Below are positions 44,132-56,434 of a DNA stretch of 64,000 nt, one piece after another. The DNA is from Mosigvirus mar005p1, in sequence record OZ035759.1; one strand, given 5' to 3'. Under the pieces are notes generated by a model. The model was not told the DNA's origin, did no database searches, and was given only the letters and a program-made list of their open reading frames with translations. A program made the position numbers and the translations under genes. The first letter of the stretch is position 1, and the number at the start of each line of letters is the position of its first letter.

Positions 44132-47100
44132 CAGTAAAAGCGCCAGCAGTCACAAGTCTCAGAATATCCAAGTTGTCCGCTAACCAAGTTCAAATACGCT
44201 GGGATGACGTTGGTGCTAATTTCTACTATTTCGTAGAAATCGCTGAGACTAAAACGGCAGACGGGGAAATAATTCCCCCTGCCAGCTACAGATGGATAAA
44301 TTTAGGATATACTCCTAATAGCAACTGGTTCGAAAGTAGCTTAGACCCATTAACTTCTTATATTATTCGTGTATCAACTGCGGCCGAAGGCTTCGAGAGA
44401 TCTGATTGGGTATATACCGAAATATTTGAATCATTTCAGACTAACGCGTATACATTTCAACATATGATTGAAATGCAATTGGCTAACACTTTTATTAGAG
44501 AAAAATTTACAAATAACAACATGGCTTATGTCGATTTTAATAACGACACTATAATGGCAGCTCTAATGAATGAATCGTTCCAATTTAGCCCTGCTTATGC
44601 GGATATTTCATCTATTAAAAATTTCATTATTGGCGAAAATGAGTATCATGAAATTCAAGGTTCGATTCAACAGGTGTGTCATGATATAAACCGTGTTTAT
44701 TTGATGGAATCCGAAGGAATTCTTTATTTGTTTGAACGGTATCAGCCTGTGGTTAAAGTCTCTAATGATAAGGGACAAACCTGGAAATCGGTTAAATTGT
44801 TTAATGACCGTGTAGGGTATCCTGTATCAAGAACAGTGTATTACCAGACAGGTTATACCACGTATGTTCTTGGGTACGATAAATTATTTTACGGTCGTAA
44901 ATCAACAGACGTTCGTTGGTCTGCTGATGACGTGAGATTTAGTTCCCAAGATATAACATTTGCTAAAATTGGCGACCAGTTAAATTTAGGATATGATGTA
45001 GAAATATTTGGTAACTATGCATCATTACCTGCTAACGTATCACGTATTGCAGAAGCTATCGTTTGCAATGATGATTATGTATACGTTGCTGCTCGAGATA
45101 AAGTTCGTTTTATTAAAACTAGTAATGCCCCTATCGATTCAGACCCGTTATCTCCGACATATTCCGAACGTTTGTTTGAACAAGAAACATTTAACATCAC
45201 AGGTAACCCTAAGGCAGTTTGTTATAAAATGGATTCTGTCGGTGGTAAAATATTTGCACTGATTATCGGTGAAGTTGTTAATCTTAATGACGACCCGAGG
45301 ACCACTCCTATTGTTGATTCTGCTGATAAGGGTGTTTACGTTCTAGACCATGACGCTGGCACATTTAAACGTGTGTTTGGTAATACTGAAGAAGAACGTC
45401 GCCGTATTGAACCAGGGTACACCAGTATGTCTACTGATGGTGTTGAGTTATCTATTTCATCTAGTAATTTTAAATTTCTAGAATCTGATATTGTTGATGA
45501 CCCAAAAACACAAATCAAGTACGGTTTAATCGGTGCTGTTAAATATGAGTATCCTCGTGAATGGCTGGCTGATAAACATTATCATATGATGGCATTTATT
45601 TCAACTGAAGACTCTCAATGGGAATCGTTCACTCCTCAACCGATGGAATACTATGCCGAGCCATTCTTTAGTTATTCTAGAAAGTCTGGTACTCGTTGTT
45701 GGATTAATAACTCAGACAAGGCCGTTGTAATTTATTCTGATTTACTTTACACTAAGGTTATTGAGAATCATCCACTTAGTTCTTCAGACCGTGAAGTTCA
45801 TGAATATTGGAAGGACGGTGACTGTACAATAGTGATGCCTAACGTAGATTTCACCGGATTTAAAAAATATGCATCCGGCATGATTTTCTATAAATCATCA
45901 GGTGAGATTATTTCTTATTATGATTTTAGTTATCGTGTTAGAGATAATGTTTCTATAATTTGGAAGCCTACTAATATATTCTTAACAGCATCGTTACAAA
46001 ACCAAGAAAAAGATACCACATGGACTCCTGTAGAAGAGAACGGTATTGCAGACCCAGATTTACGACCATTGCTCACTACAATGATGCCGGAGTCTTATCT
46101 TTTAGATAATACAAACTTCGAAGCATTCTGCGAGGCTTATATTCAGTATCTTTCTGACGGTTATGGGACCCATTATAACAACCTTTTAAATCTTATTAAA
46201 AATCAATATCCACGCGAAGAACATGCGTGGGAATATTTATGGTCTGAGATTTATAAACGAAACATTTACTTAAACGCCGAAAAACGCGATTTAGTGTCTC
46301 GTTTCTTTGAATCAAGAAGTTATGACTTCTATTCAACTAAAGGAACTGAAGCATCATATAAATTCTTGTTTAAAGTGCTTTATAACGAAGATGTTGAAAT
46401 TGAAATTGAATCTAGTTCCGGGACCGAATATGATATCATCGTTGAATCTGATTCGTTGACAGAAGATTTGGTCGGACAAACCATATACACCGCGACAGGA
46501 CGTTGTAATGTGACGTATATCGAGAGAAGTTACTCTAAAGGTAAATTACAATGGACTGTAACAATTCACAACCTCTTAGGTCGTTTAATCCAAGGACAGG
46601 AAGTTAAAGCTGAAAGACTCCCTGGTTTTGAAGGTGAAATTGTTCGTGGTATTAAAGGTAAAGAGCTTTCTCAGAACAACATCGATTACATAAATCGTGG
46701 TAGAGCATACTACGTAATGAAGATTAAATCTAAACTTCCATCATCTCGTTGGAAATCAGACGTATTACGTTTTGTTCATCCGGTTGGATTTGGATTTATC
46801 GCAATTACCCTTCTCACAATGTTTATTAACACCGGATTAACACTTAAACATGTTGAAACCATTATTAATAAATACAAAAACTATAAGTGGGATTCTGGAT
46901 TACCGACTAAATATGCAGACCGAGTGGCTAAATTAGACCCACAAGGAAATGTTGAGTTTGACCCTATTACAGGTAAAGCGATATATGAAATAGGCCCTAT
47001 GGCTGGTCAAGATTATCCATTACCTGAAGATTATAACGCTGAAAACAATAACTCCATATTTCAAGGTCAACTTCCATCGGAACGACGTAAACTGATGAGC

Positions 47101-47226
47101 CCATTATTTGATGCGTCCGGAACAACATTCTCTAGATTTAGAGATTTGGTTGAACAACGGTTAATCGATAATGTAGGAAATCCAAGAGACCCCGTGAATC
47201 CACCACAGGTTAAATTAGATGAATGA
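44128..47226 (+). CDS. 7: gp7 baseplate wedge protein
   Basis: 1032 aa, same length as T4 gp7; T4 order. Confidence 0.9.
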   Translation: MTVKAPAVTSLRISKLSANQVQIRWDDVGANFYYFVEIAETKTADGEIIPPASYRWINLGYTPNSNWFESSLDPLTSYIIRVSTAAEGFERSDWVYTEIFESFQTNAYTFQHMIEMQLANTFIREKFTNNNMAYVDFNNDTIMAALMNESFQFSPAYADISSIKNFIIGENEYHEIQGSIQQVCHDINRVYLMESEGILYLFERYQPVVKVSNDKGQTWKSVKLFNDRVGYPVSRTVYYQTGYTTYVLGYDKLFYGRKSTDVRWSADDVRFSSQDITFAKIGDQLNLGYDVEIFGNYASLPANVSRIAEAIVCNDDYVYVAARDKVRFIKTSNAPIDSDPLSPTYSERLFEQETFNITGNPKAVCYKMDSVGGKIFALIIGEVVNLNDDPRTTPIVDSADKGVYVLDHDAGTFKRVFGNTEEERRRIEPGYTSMSTDGVELSISSSNFKFLESDIVDDPKTQIKYGLIGAVKYEYPREWLADKHYHMMAFISTEDSQWESFTPQPMEYYAEPFFSYSRKSGTRCWINNSDKAVVIYSDLLYTKVIENHPLSSSDREVHEYWKDGDCTIVMPNVDFTGFKKYASGMIFYKSSGEIISYYDFSYRVRDNVSIIWKPTNIFLTASLQNQEKDTTWTPVEENGIADPDLRPLLTTMMPESYLLDNTNFEAFCEAYIQYLSDGYGTHYNNLLNLIKNQYPREEHAWEYLWSEIYKRNIYLNAEKRDLVSRFFESRSYDFYSTKGTEASYKFLFKVLYNEDVEIEIESSSGTEYDIIVESDSLTEDLVGQTIYTATGRCNVTYIERSYSKGKLQWTVTIHNLLGRLIQGQEVKAERLPGFEGEIVRGIKGKELSQNNIDYINRGRAYYVMKIKSKLPSSRWKSDVLRFVHPVGFGFIAITLLTMFINTGLTLKHVETIINKYKNYKWDSGLPTKYADRVAKLDPQGNVEFDPITGKAIYEIGPMAGQDYPLPEDYNAENNNSIFQGQLPSERRKLMSPLFDASGTTFSRFRDLVEQRLIDNVGNPRDPVNPPQVKLDE

Positions 47227-48223
47227 TTCAAGTGTTATCTATCGTGCAATAGTTACATCAAAATTTAGAACAGAGAAAATGCTGAATTTTTATAATTCAG
47301 TTGGGGATGGAGATGATAAGAACTCCATTTATATTACGTTTGGACGTTCAGAGCCTTGGGCGTCAAATGAAAATGAGGTGGGCTTCGCCCCACCTTATCC
47401 TACAGATTCTGTTCTTGGTGTTACTGATATGTGGACCCATATGATGGGTACCGTTAAAGTTTTACCTTCAATGTTAGATTCTGTTATTCCTAGGCGTGAT
47501 TGGGGAGATGTGCGATATCCAGACCCTTACACATTTAGAATTAACGATATAGTCGCGTGTAATACTGCTCCGTACAACGCGACAGAAGTTGGAGCTGGTT
47601 GGTTAATTTACCGTTGTTTAGACGTCCCTGACGTAGGGCTCTGTTCAATAGAATCTTTAGATAATAAAGATGAATGTCTTAAATTAGGTGGTAAATGGAC
47701 CCCGTCTGTTCGTTCTATGTCTCCTCCTGAAGGCAGAGGCGATGCTAATGGGGTCATAGAAACCGGTGATGGATATATTTGGGAATATCTTTATGAGATT
47801 CCTGCCGATGTGTCAATTAACCGTTGCACTAATGAATATCTTGTAGTTCCATGGCCGGAAGAAATTAAAGAAGACCCAACCCGTTGGGGATATGAAAATA
47901 ACTTAACTTGGCAACAAGATGACTATGGCTTGATTTACCGTGTTAAAGCCAATACGATGCGGTTTAAAGCATATTTTGATTCGGTTTATTTCCCTGAGGC
48001 AGCTTTGCCTGGTAACAAGGGTTTTAGACAGATATCAATTATCGCAAACCCGTTAGAAGCTAAGAAAAATCCAAATGACCCTAACGTTAAAGCAGAAAAG
48101 GATTATTACGACCCTAGAGATCTGCAACGTCATTCTGGTGAAATGATTTATATGGAAAACCGACCACCTGTTATTATGGCAATGGACCAAACAGAAGAAA
48201 TTAACATTTTGTTTATGTTTTAA
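47219..48223 (+). CDS. 8: gp8 baseplate wedge protein
   Basis: 334 aa, same length as T4 gp8; hairpin terminator follows. Confidence 0.9.
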   Translation: MNDSSVIYRAIVTSKFRTEKMLNFYNSVGDGDDKNSIYITFGRSEPWASNENEVGFAPPYPTDSVLGVTDMWTHMMGTVKVLPSMLDSVIPRRDWGDVRYPDPYTFRINDIVACNTAPYNATEVGAGWLIYRCLDVPDVGLCSIESLDNKDECLKLGGKWTPSVRSMSPPEGRGDANGVIETGDGYIWEYLYEIPADVSINRCTNEYLVVPWPEEIKEDPTRWGYENNLTWQQDDYGLIYRVKANTMRFKAYFDSVYFPEAALPGNKGFRQISIIANPLEAKKNPNDPNVKAEKDYYDPRDLQRHSGEMIYMENRPPVIMAMDQTEEINILFMF

Positions 48224-48226
48224 TTA

Positions 48227-48251
48227 GGGAGCCTTCGGGCTCCCATTTTTG
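48227..48251 (+). terminator. rho-independent terminator after gene 8
   Basis: GGGAGCC-TTCG-GGCTCCC followed by ATTTTTG. Confidence 0.7.
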
Positions 48252-48255
48252 TATC

Positions 48256-48263
48256 TATAAATA
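48256..48263 (+). promoter_or_regulatory. late promoter (TATAAATA) for gene 9
   Basis: Exact T4 late -10 consensus about 33 nt upstream of the gene 9 ATG. Confidence 0.7.
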
Positions 48264-48295
48264 GAATATAATATCGGACAACAAAAGGCAGAATT

Positions 48296-49168
48296 ATGGC
48301 ATTTTTTAAGCAAACTCCTAAACAATTAATCGATACCGGCGAAATTGGTAATGCCTCAACAGGTGATATCTTATTCGACGGTGGTAATAAAATAAATGAC
48401 GATATCAACGCTATTTACAATGCATTTGGCGATCAACGTAAAATGGCCGTAGCAGATGGAACCGGACCTACAGGTCAAACTATTCATGCCACAGGTTATT
48501 ATCAAAAAGGAAAGGCGGTCGATTATCAAACTCCTATTAAACCAGGCACTATGCATGATATTGATGCTTCTGATGGTGGTGTGATTGTTATTATTGACCG
48601 TCCTGAATTAGGTGACTCTGTAGAATTCATAAACTCTAATGGGTCTATTTCTGTTAACAATCCTTTAAGTATCCAAGTAACTGATGGTTCAATTAAAGGT
48701 GTTCTTAATAATCTTGTTATTTCCACCCCTTATACCCATGTTGTTCTTCGTTGTGTTGAAATTAATGGGCCGACTTCAGTATGGAATTATTCTACTGATA
48801 GCATGTTTGGGCAGAAAGAATCTCCTGTCGATGGAACTTGGAGTCTTACAGGAAACACAGTTTCTATTCCTCTGTTTTATCGCACGGATTATAACATGGC
48901 TAAATTGCTTGTTACATGCCAATCCGCTGACGGTAGAAAAATAAAAACATGCGAAATAAATATTCTAATAGATACAATTAACTCAGAAGTTCTTTCTACC
49001 GAATTTGCAGTAATGCGAGTTGGTAACGTAGATGAAACCGACGAGATTGCTAATATTAGCTTTAGTATTATTAACAACTTTGCTACTATGACGATTACAT
49101 CCGATATTATTGGATTACGTGCAGCAGTTAAAATTATCTCAACTCAGAAAATTGGGGTCGCTCAATAA
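48296..49168 (+). CDS. 9: gp9 baseplate protein (long tail fibre attachment)
   Basis: 290 aa; late promoter TATAAATA at 48256-48263. Confidence 0.85.
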   Translation: MAFFKQTPKQLIDTGEIGNASTGDILFDGGNKINDDINAIYNAFGDQRKMAVADGTGPTGQTIHATGYYQKGKAVDYQTPIKPGTMHDIDASDGGVIVIIDRPELGDSVEFINSNGSISVNNPLSIQVTDGSIKGVLNNLVISTPYTHVVLRCVEINGPTSVWNYSTDSMFGQKESPVDGTWSLTGNTVSIPLFYRTDYNMAKLLVTCQSADGRKIKTCEINILIDTINSEVLSTEFAVMRVGNVDETDEIANISFSIINNFATMTITSDIIGLRAAVKIISTQKIGVAQ

Positions 49169-50973
49169 TGAAACAAAATATTAAAATTGGTAACGTCGTT
49201 GATGACGGACAAGGCGATTACCTTCGTCGAGGTGGTGAAAAAATAAATGAGAACTTTGACGAAATCTATTATGAATTAGGTGATGGTGAAGTTCCTTATG
49301 CCGCTGGCGCATGGAAGACTTATGATGCGGCTGATGGTCTTAATCTTAAGGCTGCTTGGGGTAAATCTTATGCAATTAATACTACTTCTGGACGAGTTTC
49401 GGTAAATCTTCCTAAAGGGACAATTGCAGACTATAATAAAGTTATTCGTGCTCGTGACGTATTTGCAACTTGGAACATTAACCCTGTTACTTTAATTCCG
49501 GCAAACGGAGACACGATTAAAGGTTCTTCATCTCCGGTAGAAATTAACGTTCAGTTCTCTGATTTAGAATTAGTTTATTGTGCTCCTGGACGTTGGGAAT
49601 ACATCAAGAACAAACAAATTGATAAAATAGTTAGCTCTGACATTAGTAATGTTGCTCGTAGAGAATATCTGGTTGAAACCCAAGGTCAGACCGATTTCAT
49701 GGATGTTTTTAACGGGACCTCTTATAACGTTAACAACATTCGCGTAAAACATCGTGGCAACGAATTGTATTATGGTGACGTATTCAGTGATAATAGTGAT
49801 TTTGGTTCTCCAGGCGCTAATCCTGGTGAACTGGTTGCACTTGATGGATTTAATATTAGATTACGCCAACCATGTAATGTTGGGGACACTGTACAAATTG
49901 AGACATTCCTAGATGGTGTTTCTCAGTGGCGTAGTTCATATACTCGTCGCCAAGTTCGCATTTTAGATAGTAAATTGACTGCTAAAAAGTCTATTGATGG
50001 AAGTATTTACGTCACTGATTTGAGTACGTTCCGGTCTATTCCATTTACAGCATTTGGTATTAATCCTACAGAACCACCTAACCCGAATTCGTTAGAAGTT
50101 CGCTTCAATGGTATTCTCCAAGAATTAGCTGGTACTGTTGGAACTCCTATTTTCCGTTGTGAAGGTGTGGATGCTGATTCTGAAGAGTCATGCGCTAATC
50201 TCGGTGGGACATGGACCCAATCATATACAGATTATGCAATTGAATATACTGATAATATCCCTAGCGCAATTCTGTTTGACCGTCAATTTGAAGACCAAGA
50301 CATTATTACCATCACATGGTTTAATAACGATTTAGGAACTCTTCTTGAAATGGAAGAAATCCTTGATGTCGCTGATGAGAAATATGTTTCTCAAGGGTCT
50401 AACATTGAAATTACTGGTGACGTTGCATTAACCGATTTCGATAAAATTGGATGGCCTAATGTAGAACCTGTTCCTAAGTATGAACGTGAATTCTCGACTA
50501 TCTCAGCAATATTTGATACAATTTATCCTGTCGGGACTATTTACGAAAATGCGGTTAACCCTAATAATCCGGCAACTTATTTAGGTTTTGGTTTGTGGAA
50601 AATTTGGGGACAAGGCAAAGTATTAGCAGGTTGGAATGACGACGCGTCGGATCCTAATTTTGCATTAAATAATAATGACCTTGACGTCAATGGTAACCCT
50701 ACTCATACCGCAGGTGGTACCGTTGGTGTAACAACCGTCACATTAGAAAATGCTGATTTACCGGCTACACAAACCGATGAAAAGGTTCTTATTTCTGATG
50801 ATAATGGTACAGTAATTATAGGCGGTTGCCAATATGACCCAGATGAAGAAGGTCCTATTTACACTAAATATCGTGAAGACCATGCAAAGACTAATGGATC
50901 TCATGTTCCAGCGCGTTCTATAACTAATATTCAGCCATCTATAACTGTATACCGTTGGGTAAGGATTGCATAA
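49168..50973 (+). CDS. 10: gp10 baseplate wedge protein
   Basis: 601 aa; T4 order/size. Confidence 0.9.
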   Translation: MKQNIKIGNVVDDGQGDYLRRGGEKINENFDEIYYELGDGEVPYAAGAWKTYDAADGLNLKAAWGKSYAINTTSGRVSVNLPKGTIADYNKVIRARDVFATWNINPVTLIPANGDTIKGSSSPVEINVQFSDLELVYCAPGRWEYIKNKQIDKIVSSDISNVARREYLVETQGQTDFMDVFNGTSYNVNNIRVKHRGNELYYGDVFSDNSDFGSPGANPGELVALDGFNIRLRQPCNVGDTVQIETFLDGVSQWRSSYTRRQVRILDSKLTAKKSIDGSIYVTDLSTFRSIPFTAFGINPTEPPNPNSLEVRFNGILQELAGTVGTPIFRCEGVDADSEESCANLGGTWTQSYTDYAIEYTDNIPSAILFDRQFEDQDIITITWFNNDLGTLLEMEEILDVADEKYVSQGSNIEITGDVALTDFDKIGWPNVEPVPKYEREFSTISAIFDTIYPVGTIYENAVNPNNPATYLGFGLWKIWGQGKVLAGWNDDASDPNFALNNNDLDVNGNPTHTAGGTVGVTTVTLENADLPATQTDEKVLISDDNGTVIIGGCQYDPDEEGPIYTKYREDHAKTNGSHVPARSITNIQPSITVYRWVRIA

Positions 50974-51632
50974 TGACTGTACTTAATACAAAGGCGGGAG
51001 TTATTTCCCGTCATGCTGATTTTTTGAATTACAGAAAAAATCCAGCTCAAATTGATGTTTTAAACAACCAAGCTGTAGGTTCCGTGACTATTTCTCAGTT
51101 AGCTCGCGGTTTTTATGATGCTAACGTAGAATCTGCAATAAATGATGTCCATAATATGGCACGAGCTGATATTGGTACTGTTGTCACAAACACTTCAGGA
51201 GTATCACCTGAAGGTACAGCACAAGTTGATTATTGGACTTTTTCTGGTGATGTTCTCGACGATACTTTGGCCCCTGGAACGCCGGTCGTTATTAACGTAT
51301 TTGGACTTGCTGTTAAAGCAACAATCGGTATGACTGATAACGAATTAACGGCACAAGTTCGTATAGCTTTACAAGAAGCCATTGCTAATCAAATCGCTAT
51401 TTCTTCTTATAAAGACCATCCGTCTGAAGGTAATAAACTTCAGGTGACATATTTAGATAACCAACGTCATGTGTTGCCAACATATGCTTCGTTTGGTGTA
51501 ACAATTTCGCAAGAAATTTTGTCTGAAGCAAAATCCGGATACGGAACATGGAATTTATTGGGTGCCCAAACGGTTACTCTTGATAACCATGATACTCCTA
51601 CCGTTTTCTACCACTTTGTGAGAGCCTCATGA
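50973..51632 (+). CDS. 11: gp11 baseplate short-fibre attachment protein
   Basis: 219 aa from ATG overlapping gp10 stop (TAATG). Confidence 0.85.
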   Translation: MTVLNTKAGVISRHADFLNYRKNPAQIDVLNNQAVGSVTISQLARGFYDANVESAINDVHNMARADIGTVVTNTSGVSPEGTAQVDYWTFSGDVLDDTLAPGTPVVINVFGLAVKATIGMTDNELTAQVRIALQEAIANQIAISSYKDHPSEGNKLQVTYLDNQRHVLPTYASFGVTISQEILSEAKSGYGTWNLLGAQTVTLDNHDTPTVFYHFVRAS

Positions 51633-53212
51633 GTAATAACAATACATACCAACACGTTTCAAATGAATCTATTTACGTTGAATTCGACCCTACGGGGTCG
51701 AATTTTCCAGACACAGTCACTAATGTCCAAGCCGCATTAGCTGCCATTTCTCCTTCAGGTGTTAATGGCGTACCGGAAGCAACAACTACTACACCTGGAA
51801 TTATTCAAATAGCTACTCCACAAGAAGTTATTGATGGATTAGATAATAGTAAAGCTGTTACTCCGGCATCACTGAATGCTCGTCTACAATATCCTAATGC
51901 AACCGAAACTCAATATGGCTTAACTCGTTATGCTACTGAAGATGAAGCAGTAACAGGAACTATTGACGATGCATCAATTACTCCGCTTAAATTGAATCAA
52001 AAAATAGACGATGTATTTCAGACAAAAGTGTCAACAGAAGCAACAAATGGTGTAATTAAAATTTCAACTTCTGCTGCGGCATTAGCCGGTTCTGATGATA
52101 CGACGGCAATGACTCCGTTAAAAACGCAACAATTAGCAATTAAACTTATTTCGCAAATTGCTCCAAATAATAGTGACGCCACCGAATCTATTACCGGTGT
52201 TGTTCGTTTGGCTACAGTTGCACAAGCACAACAAGGCACCCTGCGTGAAGGCTATGCAATTTCACCTTATACCTTTATGAATTCAGTAGCATCAGAAACT
52301 AATAAAGGTGTCGTTAAACTAGGGACACAGACTGAAGTAAATAGTAACAACTCTTCAGTTGTAGTGACCGGCGCAACATTAAACGGGCGTGGGGCTACAA
52401 CTTCTTTACGTGGAGTTGTTCGTTTAACTACACAAGCGGGTAGCCAATCAGGTGGTGATGGTTCTTCTGCCCTTGCTTGGAATGCTGATGTTATCCACCA
52501 ACGAGGCGGTCAAACTATTAATGGCACGCTTCGCATTAATAATACGTTGACGGTTGGTTCTGGTGGTGCTAATATAACGGGTAATGTCAATATGACCGGT
52601 GGTTATATTCAAGGCAATCGTATTGTGACTCAAAATGAATTAGACCGAATTCTTCCAGTTGGCGCTATTACAATGTGGGCTGCAGATAGTTTGCCGAGTT
52701 CGGACTGGCGTTTCTGTCACGGTGGGACCGTTTCTGCTTCAGAATGTCCGGTATATGCTTCCAGAATTGGGACACGATATGGTGGTAGTTCTTCTAACCC
52801 AGGCTTGCCCGATATGCGTGGATTATTTGTTCGCGGCTCAGGTCGTGGTAACCATTTAACTAACCCTAATGTTAATGGTAATGACCAATTCGGTAAGCCT
52901 CGTCTGGCGGTAGGTTGTACCGGTGGATATGTTGGTGAGGTGCAAAAACAACAGATGTCATATCATAAGCATGCTGGCGGTTTTGGTGAACATGACGATG
53001 CAGGAGCATTCGGTAATACTCGTCGTTCAAACTTTGTTGGTACTCGTAAAGGACTTGACTGGGATAACCGTTCATACTTCACCAACGACGGATATGAAAT
53101 TGACCCGGCATCACAACGAAATTCCAAATATACATTAAATCGTCCTGAATTAATTGGAAATGAAACTCGCCCATGGAATATTTCTTTAAACTATATCATT
53201 AAGGTAAAATAA
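51629..53212 (+). CDS. 12: gp12 short tail fibre
   Basis: 527 aa, same length as T4 gp12. Confidence 0.9.
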   Translation: MSNNNTYQHVSNESIYVEFDPTGSNFPDTVTNVQAALAAISPSGVNGVPEATTTTPGIIQIATPQEVIDGLDNSKAVTPASLNARLQYPNATETQYGLTRYATEDEAVTGTIDDASITPLKLNQKIDDVFQTKVSTEATNGVIKISTSAAALAGSDDTTAMTPLKTQQLAIKLISQIAPNNSDATESITGVVRLATVAQAQQGTLREGYAISPYTFMNSVASETNKGVVKLGTQTEVNSNNSSVVVTGATLNGRGATTSLRGVVRLTTQAGSQSGGDGSSALAWNADVIHQRGGQTINGTLRINNTLTVGSGGANITGNVNMTGGYIQGNRIVTQNELDRILPVGAITMWAADSLPSSDWRFCHGGTVSASECPVYASRIGTRYGGSSSNPGLPDMRGLFVRGSGRGNHLTNPNVNGNDQFGKPRLAVGCTGGYVGEVQKQQMSYHKHAGGFGEHDDAGAFGNTRRSNFVGTRKGLDWDNRSYFTNDGYEIDPASQRNSKYTLNRPELIGNETRPWNISLNYIIKVK

Positions 53213-54660
53213 TGGCTGATATAACTCTGGTAGATTTACCATATGTTGACGGCCCGCCAGACGCGGGTCAGAGTCGTATTGAATGGATTAAAAACGATGA
53301 AGAAATAACAGGTGCTGACACAAAATACGGTTCTGAAGGTGTAATGAACCGTCCTATTGTTGAAGTTCAACGTAACGTAGAAGCGTTAGATGTTAATATT
53401 AAAACTATAGCATCTTCTTTGAATACGGCCAACGAAGATATCAAAGTTATTCAAGGTATTTTAGATGTTTCTGGGGATGTTGATGCTCTTGCACAGATAG
53501 GCCAGAACACCCAAGATATTGATGTCATTAAAGTCACAGTTCAAACCCATGCTAGTGAATTGAATGATTTGAATGAACATATTGATGCGAATACTGATGA
53601 TATTGGTGTTTATAATCAGGAAACAGATTCAGTTTATAGAACGGTTCGTAACGACCTGCTTTGGATTAAAAATGAATTAGGACAATATACTGGTCAAGAT
53701 ATTAATGGGGTTCCTACTCCAGGAAATGATAGCACTGGTATGAAACGCCGTATTATGACTAATAGCTCCGTAATTGTTGACCACGGTGTTCGATTAACTG
53801 ATTTAGAAACTAAATTTGCTGATTCTGACGTCGGCTCTTTAACTATTGAAGTCGAACACTTGCGCGAAGAAATGGGACCTCGCACTTCTTTCACTACTCC
53901 AGTGTTTAGTCGTCTTTCCAGTATTGATTTAACTTTGTCGCGTCAAAATGCCGACTTGGATGGCATTAAACGGTCTATTGGGTATCCTAATACGACTTCT
54001 ATTATTACTACCACTAATGCAAATAGTTCAGCAATAAACGACATTAATCTTGAGCTCAATCAATCAGGTGGTATTAAACCTCGTTTGACTACAGTAGAAA
54101 CTGCCATTGGCGCTGATGATTTGCCTACTACAATCCAAGGACGTATTAAACTCAATACTGATGCTATCGGAGCATTGAACACTGTTGTCGGCTCTGATTC
54201 TTCGTCAGGACTGCGTTTTAATGTGTCATGGTTAAATAACGTAGTTGGTGTTGACGCTTCAGGTGGGAAACCGGAACCAGACGGCTCTTTGCTTTATCGT
54301 ACTCGAGAGCTTGAAGGAACTATCGGTGGGATGAGTAATGACATTCAGAACATTCAAACTGATGTTGGGACTAATTCCACAGGAATTAAGGGTTCTGTAA
54401 ACACATTAAATACTCTTATAAACGGCACCAACCCAAATGGTTCGACTGTTGAAGAACGCGGTATATTGCCTACAGTTAAAAGTCATGATACGACAATTAA
54501 TGGTTTAACTTCTAGAATTGCTACTCTTGAAACTGATTTGGCCGCTGCAGAAGCTGAAATCCAAACTCTTAAGGACGCTGGATATATTGAAGATGCTCCT
54601 TCAGACGGTAAATTCTATGTTCGCAAAGATGGTGCATGGGTTGAACTTCCTACAGCTTAA
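53212..54660 (+). CDS. wac: fibritin (whisker antigen control)
   Basis: 482 aa coiled-coil; C-terminal foldon GYIEDAPSDGKFYVRKDGAWVELPTA. Confidence 0.9.
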   Translation: MADITLVDLPYVDGPPDAGQSRIEWIKNDEEITGADTKYGSEGVMNRPIVEVQRNVEALDVNIKTIASSLNTANEDIKVIQGILDVSGDVDALAQIGQNTQDIDVIKVTVQTHASELNDLNEHIDANTDDIGVYNQETDSVYRTVRNDLLWIKNELGQYTGQDINGVPTPGNDSTGMKRRIMTNSSVIVDHGVRLTDLETKFADSDVGSLTIEVEHLREEMGPRTSFTTPVFSRLSSIDLTLSRQNADLDGIKRSIGYPNTTSIITTTNANSSAINDINLELNQSGGIKPRLTTVETAIGADDLPTTIQGRIKLNTDAIGALNTVVGSDSSSGLRFNVSWLNNVVGVDASGGKPEPDGSLLYRTRELEGTIGGMSNDIQNIQTDVGTNSTGIKGSVNTLNTLINGTNPNGSTVEERGILPTVKSHDTTINGLTSRIATLETDLAAAEAEIQTLKDAGYIEDAPSDGKFYVRKDGAWVELPTA

Positions 54661-54666
54661 TGAAAA

Positions 54667-54680
54667 GGGCCTTCGGGCCC
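54667..54680 (+). other. GC-rich stem-loop after wac
   Basis: GGGCC-TTCG-GGCCC; no U-tract, so more likely an RNA stability element. Confidence 0.35.
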
Positions 54681-54692
54681 TAAAGGATTTAT

Positions 54693-55619
54693 ATGTCAGG
54701 TTATAATGCACAAAACCCTAAAGAATTAAAGGACGTAATATTACGTCGTTTAGGCGCTCCTATTGTAAATGTTGAATTAACTACAGACCAAATTTATGAT
54801 TGTATTTCACGAGCGTTAGAACTTTATGGCGATTACCATTTCGACGGGTTGAATAAAGGTTTCCATGTATTTTTTGTTGATGACGAAGAAAAATATCGTC
54901 ACGGCGTATTTGATATGCGTGGTTCTAACGTATTTGCTGTAACAAGAATTATAAGAACAAATGTTGGCTCTATTACTTCAATGGATGGTAATGCAACTTA
55001 TCCATGGTTCACTGATTTCCTTTTAGGAATGGCAGGTGTTTCAGGTGGTATGGGTAGTAATTGTGGTAAATTCTACGGCCCGAACGCTTTTGGCGCTGAC
55101 CTCGGGTATTATTCTCAATTAGTATCTTATATGGGTATGCTTCAAGATATGATTGCTCCTCTTCCAGATTTTTGGTTTAACTCTGCAAACGAGCAATTAA
55201 AAGTAATGGGTAACTTTAGACAGAAAGATGTCATTATCGTTGAATCGTACGTTCGCTCTTATATCGAGACCCATAAGATGGTAGGAAATACAGTAGGGTA
55301 CGGTCAGGTTGGTCCTCGTGATTCATGGTCTATTTCTGAACGTTATGATAATCCAGACCATAATTTGGTCGGACGTCGAGTTGGTGAAGATCCTGCAACC
55401 AAACAAGGCGCATATAACAACCGCTGGGTTAAAGATTATGCAACTGCATTAGCTAAAGAGCTTAATGGACAAATTCTTGCTAAACATCAAGGTATGATGT
55501 TACCCGGTGGCGTCACTGTTGATGGTGTTCGATTAATTGAAGAAGCTCGTTTAGAGAAAGAAGCTTTACGAGAAGAGTTATATTTACTAGACCCTCCTGC
55601 AGGTATTTTGGTAGGTTAA
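54693..55619 (+). CDS. 13: gp13 neck protein
   Basis: 308 aa; T4 order/size. Confidence 0.85.
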   Translation: MSGYNAQNPKELKDVILRRLGAPIVNVELTTDQIYDCISRALELYGDYHFDGLNKGFHVFFVDDEEKYRHGVFDMRGSNVFAVTRIIRTNVGSITSMDGNATYPWFTDFLLGMAGVSGGMGSNCGKFYGPNAFGADLGYYSQLVSYMGMLQDMIAPLPDFWFNSANEQLKVMGNFRQKDVIIVESYVRSYIETHKMVGNTVGYGQVGPRDSWSISERYDNPDHNLVGRRVGEDPATKQGAYNNRWVKDYATALAKELNGQILAKHQGMMLPGGVTVDGVRLIEEARLEKEALREELYLLDPPAGILVG

Positions 55620-55620
55620 T

Positions 55621-56385
55621 ATGGCAACTTATGATAAAAATCTTTTCGCCAAGCTAGAAAATCGTGGTGGGTATTCTCAGACAAATGAGACTGAAATCCT
55701 CAATCCATTTGTCAATTTTAATAATTATGAGAATAGTCAGACATTAGCCGATGTTCTAGTGGCAGAAAGCATACAGATGCGCGGTATTGAATGTTTTTAT
55801 GTTCCACGTGAATATGTTGCCGTGGACCTTATCTTTGGTGAGGACCTTAAAAATAAATTTACTAAAGCATGGAAATTTGCTGCATATCTGAACTCTTTTG
55901 AAGGTTATGAAGGAGCGAAATCGTTCTTCAGCAACTTCGGAATGCAAGTTCAAGACGAAGTTACATTATCTATTAACCCGGGTCTTTTCAAACACCAGGT
56001 CAACAATCAGGAGCCTAAGGAAGGTGATTTAATATACTTCCCAATGGACAACAGTTTGTTTGAGATTAACTGGGTTGAACCATATGACCCATTCTATCAA
56101 GTAGGTAAAAATGCGATTCGTAAAATTACTGCAGGCAAGTTTATTTACTCTGGCGAAGAAATCAATCCGGTGCTTCAGAAAAATGAAGGTATCAATATAC
56201 CTGAATTTAGTGACTTGGAACTTAACCCTGTTAGAAATCTTGACGGTATCCATGACATTAATATCGATGAATATTCTGAAGTTGAGCAAATCAATTCAGA
56301 GGCAAGTGAATACGTTGAACCGTATGTAGTAGTTAACAACCGTGGTAGACAAAATTCACCATTTGACGATGGGTTTATGAATTAA
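55621..56385 (+). CDS. 14: gp14 neck protein
   Basis: 254 aa; T4 order/size. Confidence 0.85.
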   Translation: MATYDKNLFAKLENRGGYSQTNETEILNPFVNFNNYENSQTLADVLVAESIQMRGIECFYVPREYVAVDLIFGEDLKNKFTKAWKFAAYLNSFEGYEGAKSFFSNFGMQVQDEVTLSINPGLFKHQVNNQEPKEGDLIYFPMDNSLFEINWVEPYDPFYQVGKNAIRKITAGKFIYSGEEINPVLQKNEGINIPEFSDLELNPVRNLDGIHDINIDEYSEVEQINSEASEYVEPYVVVNNRGRQNSPFDDGFMN

Positions 56386-56408
56386 TAAATAGATAAGATA
56401 AAGCAAAC

Positions 56409-56426
56409 ACCGGTCGAAAGGCCGGT
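56409..56426 (+). other. stem-loop with GAAA tetraloop between genes 14 and 15
   Basis: ACCGGTC-GAAA-GGCCGGT. Confidence 0.35.
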
Positions 56427-56434
56427 TAGGAGAA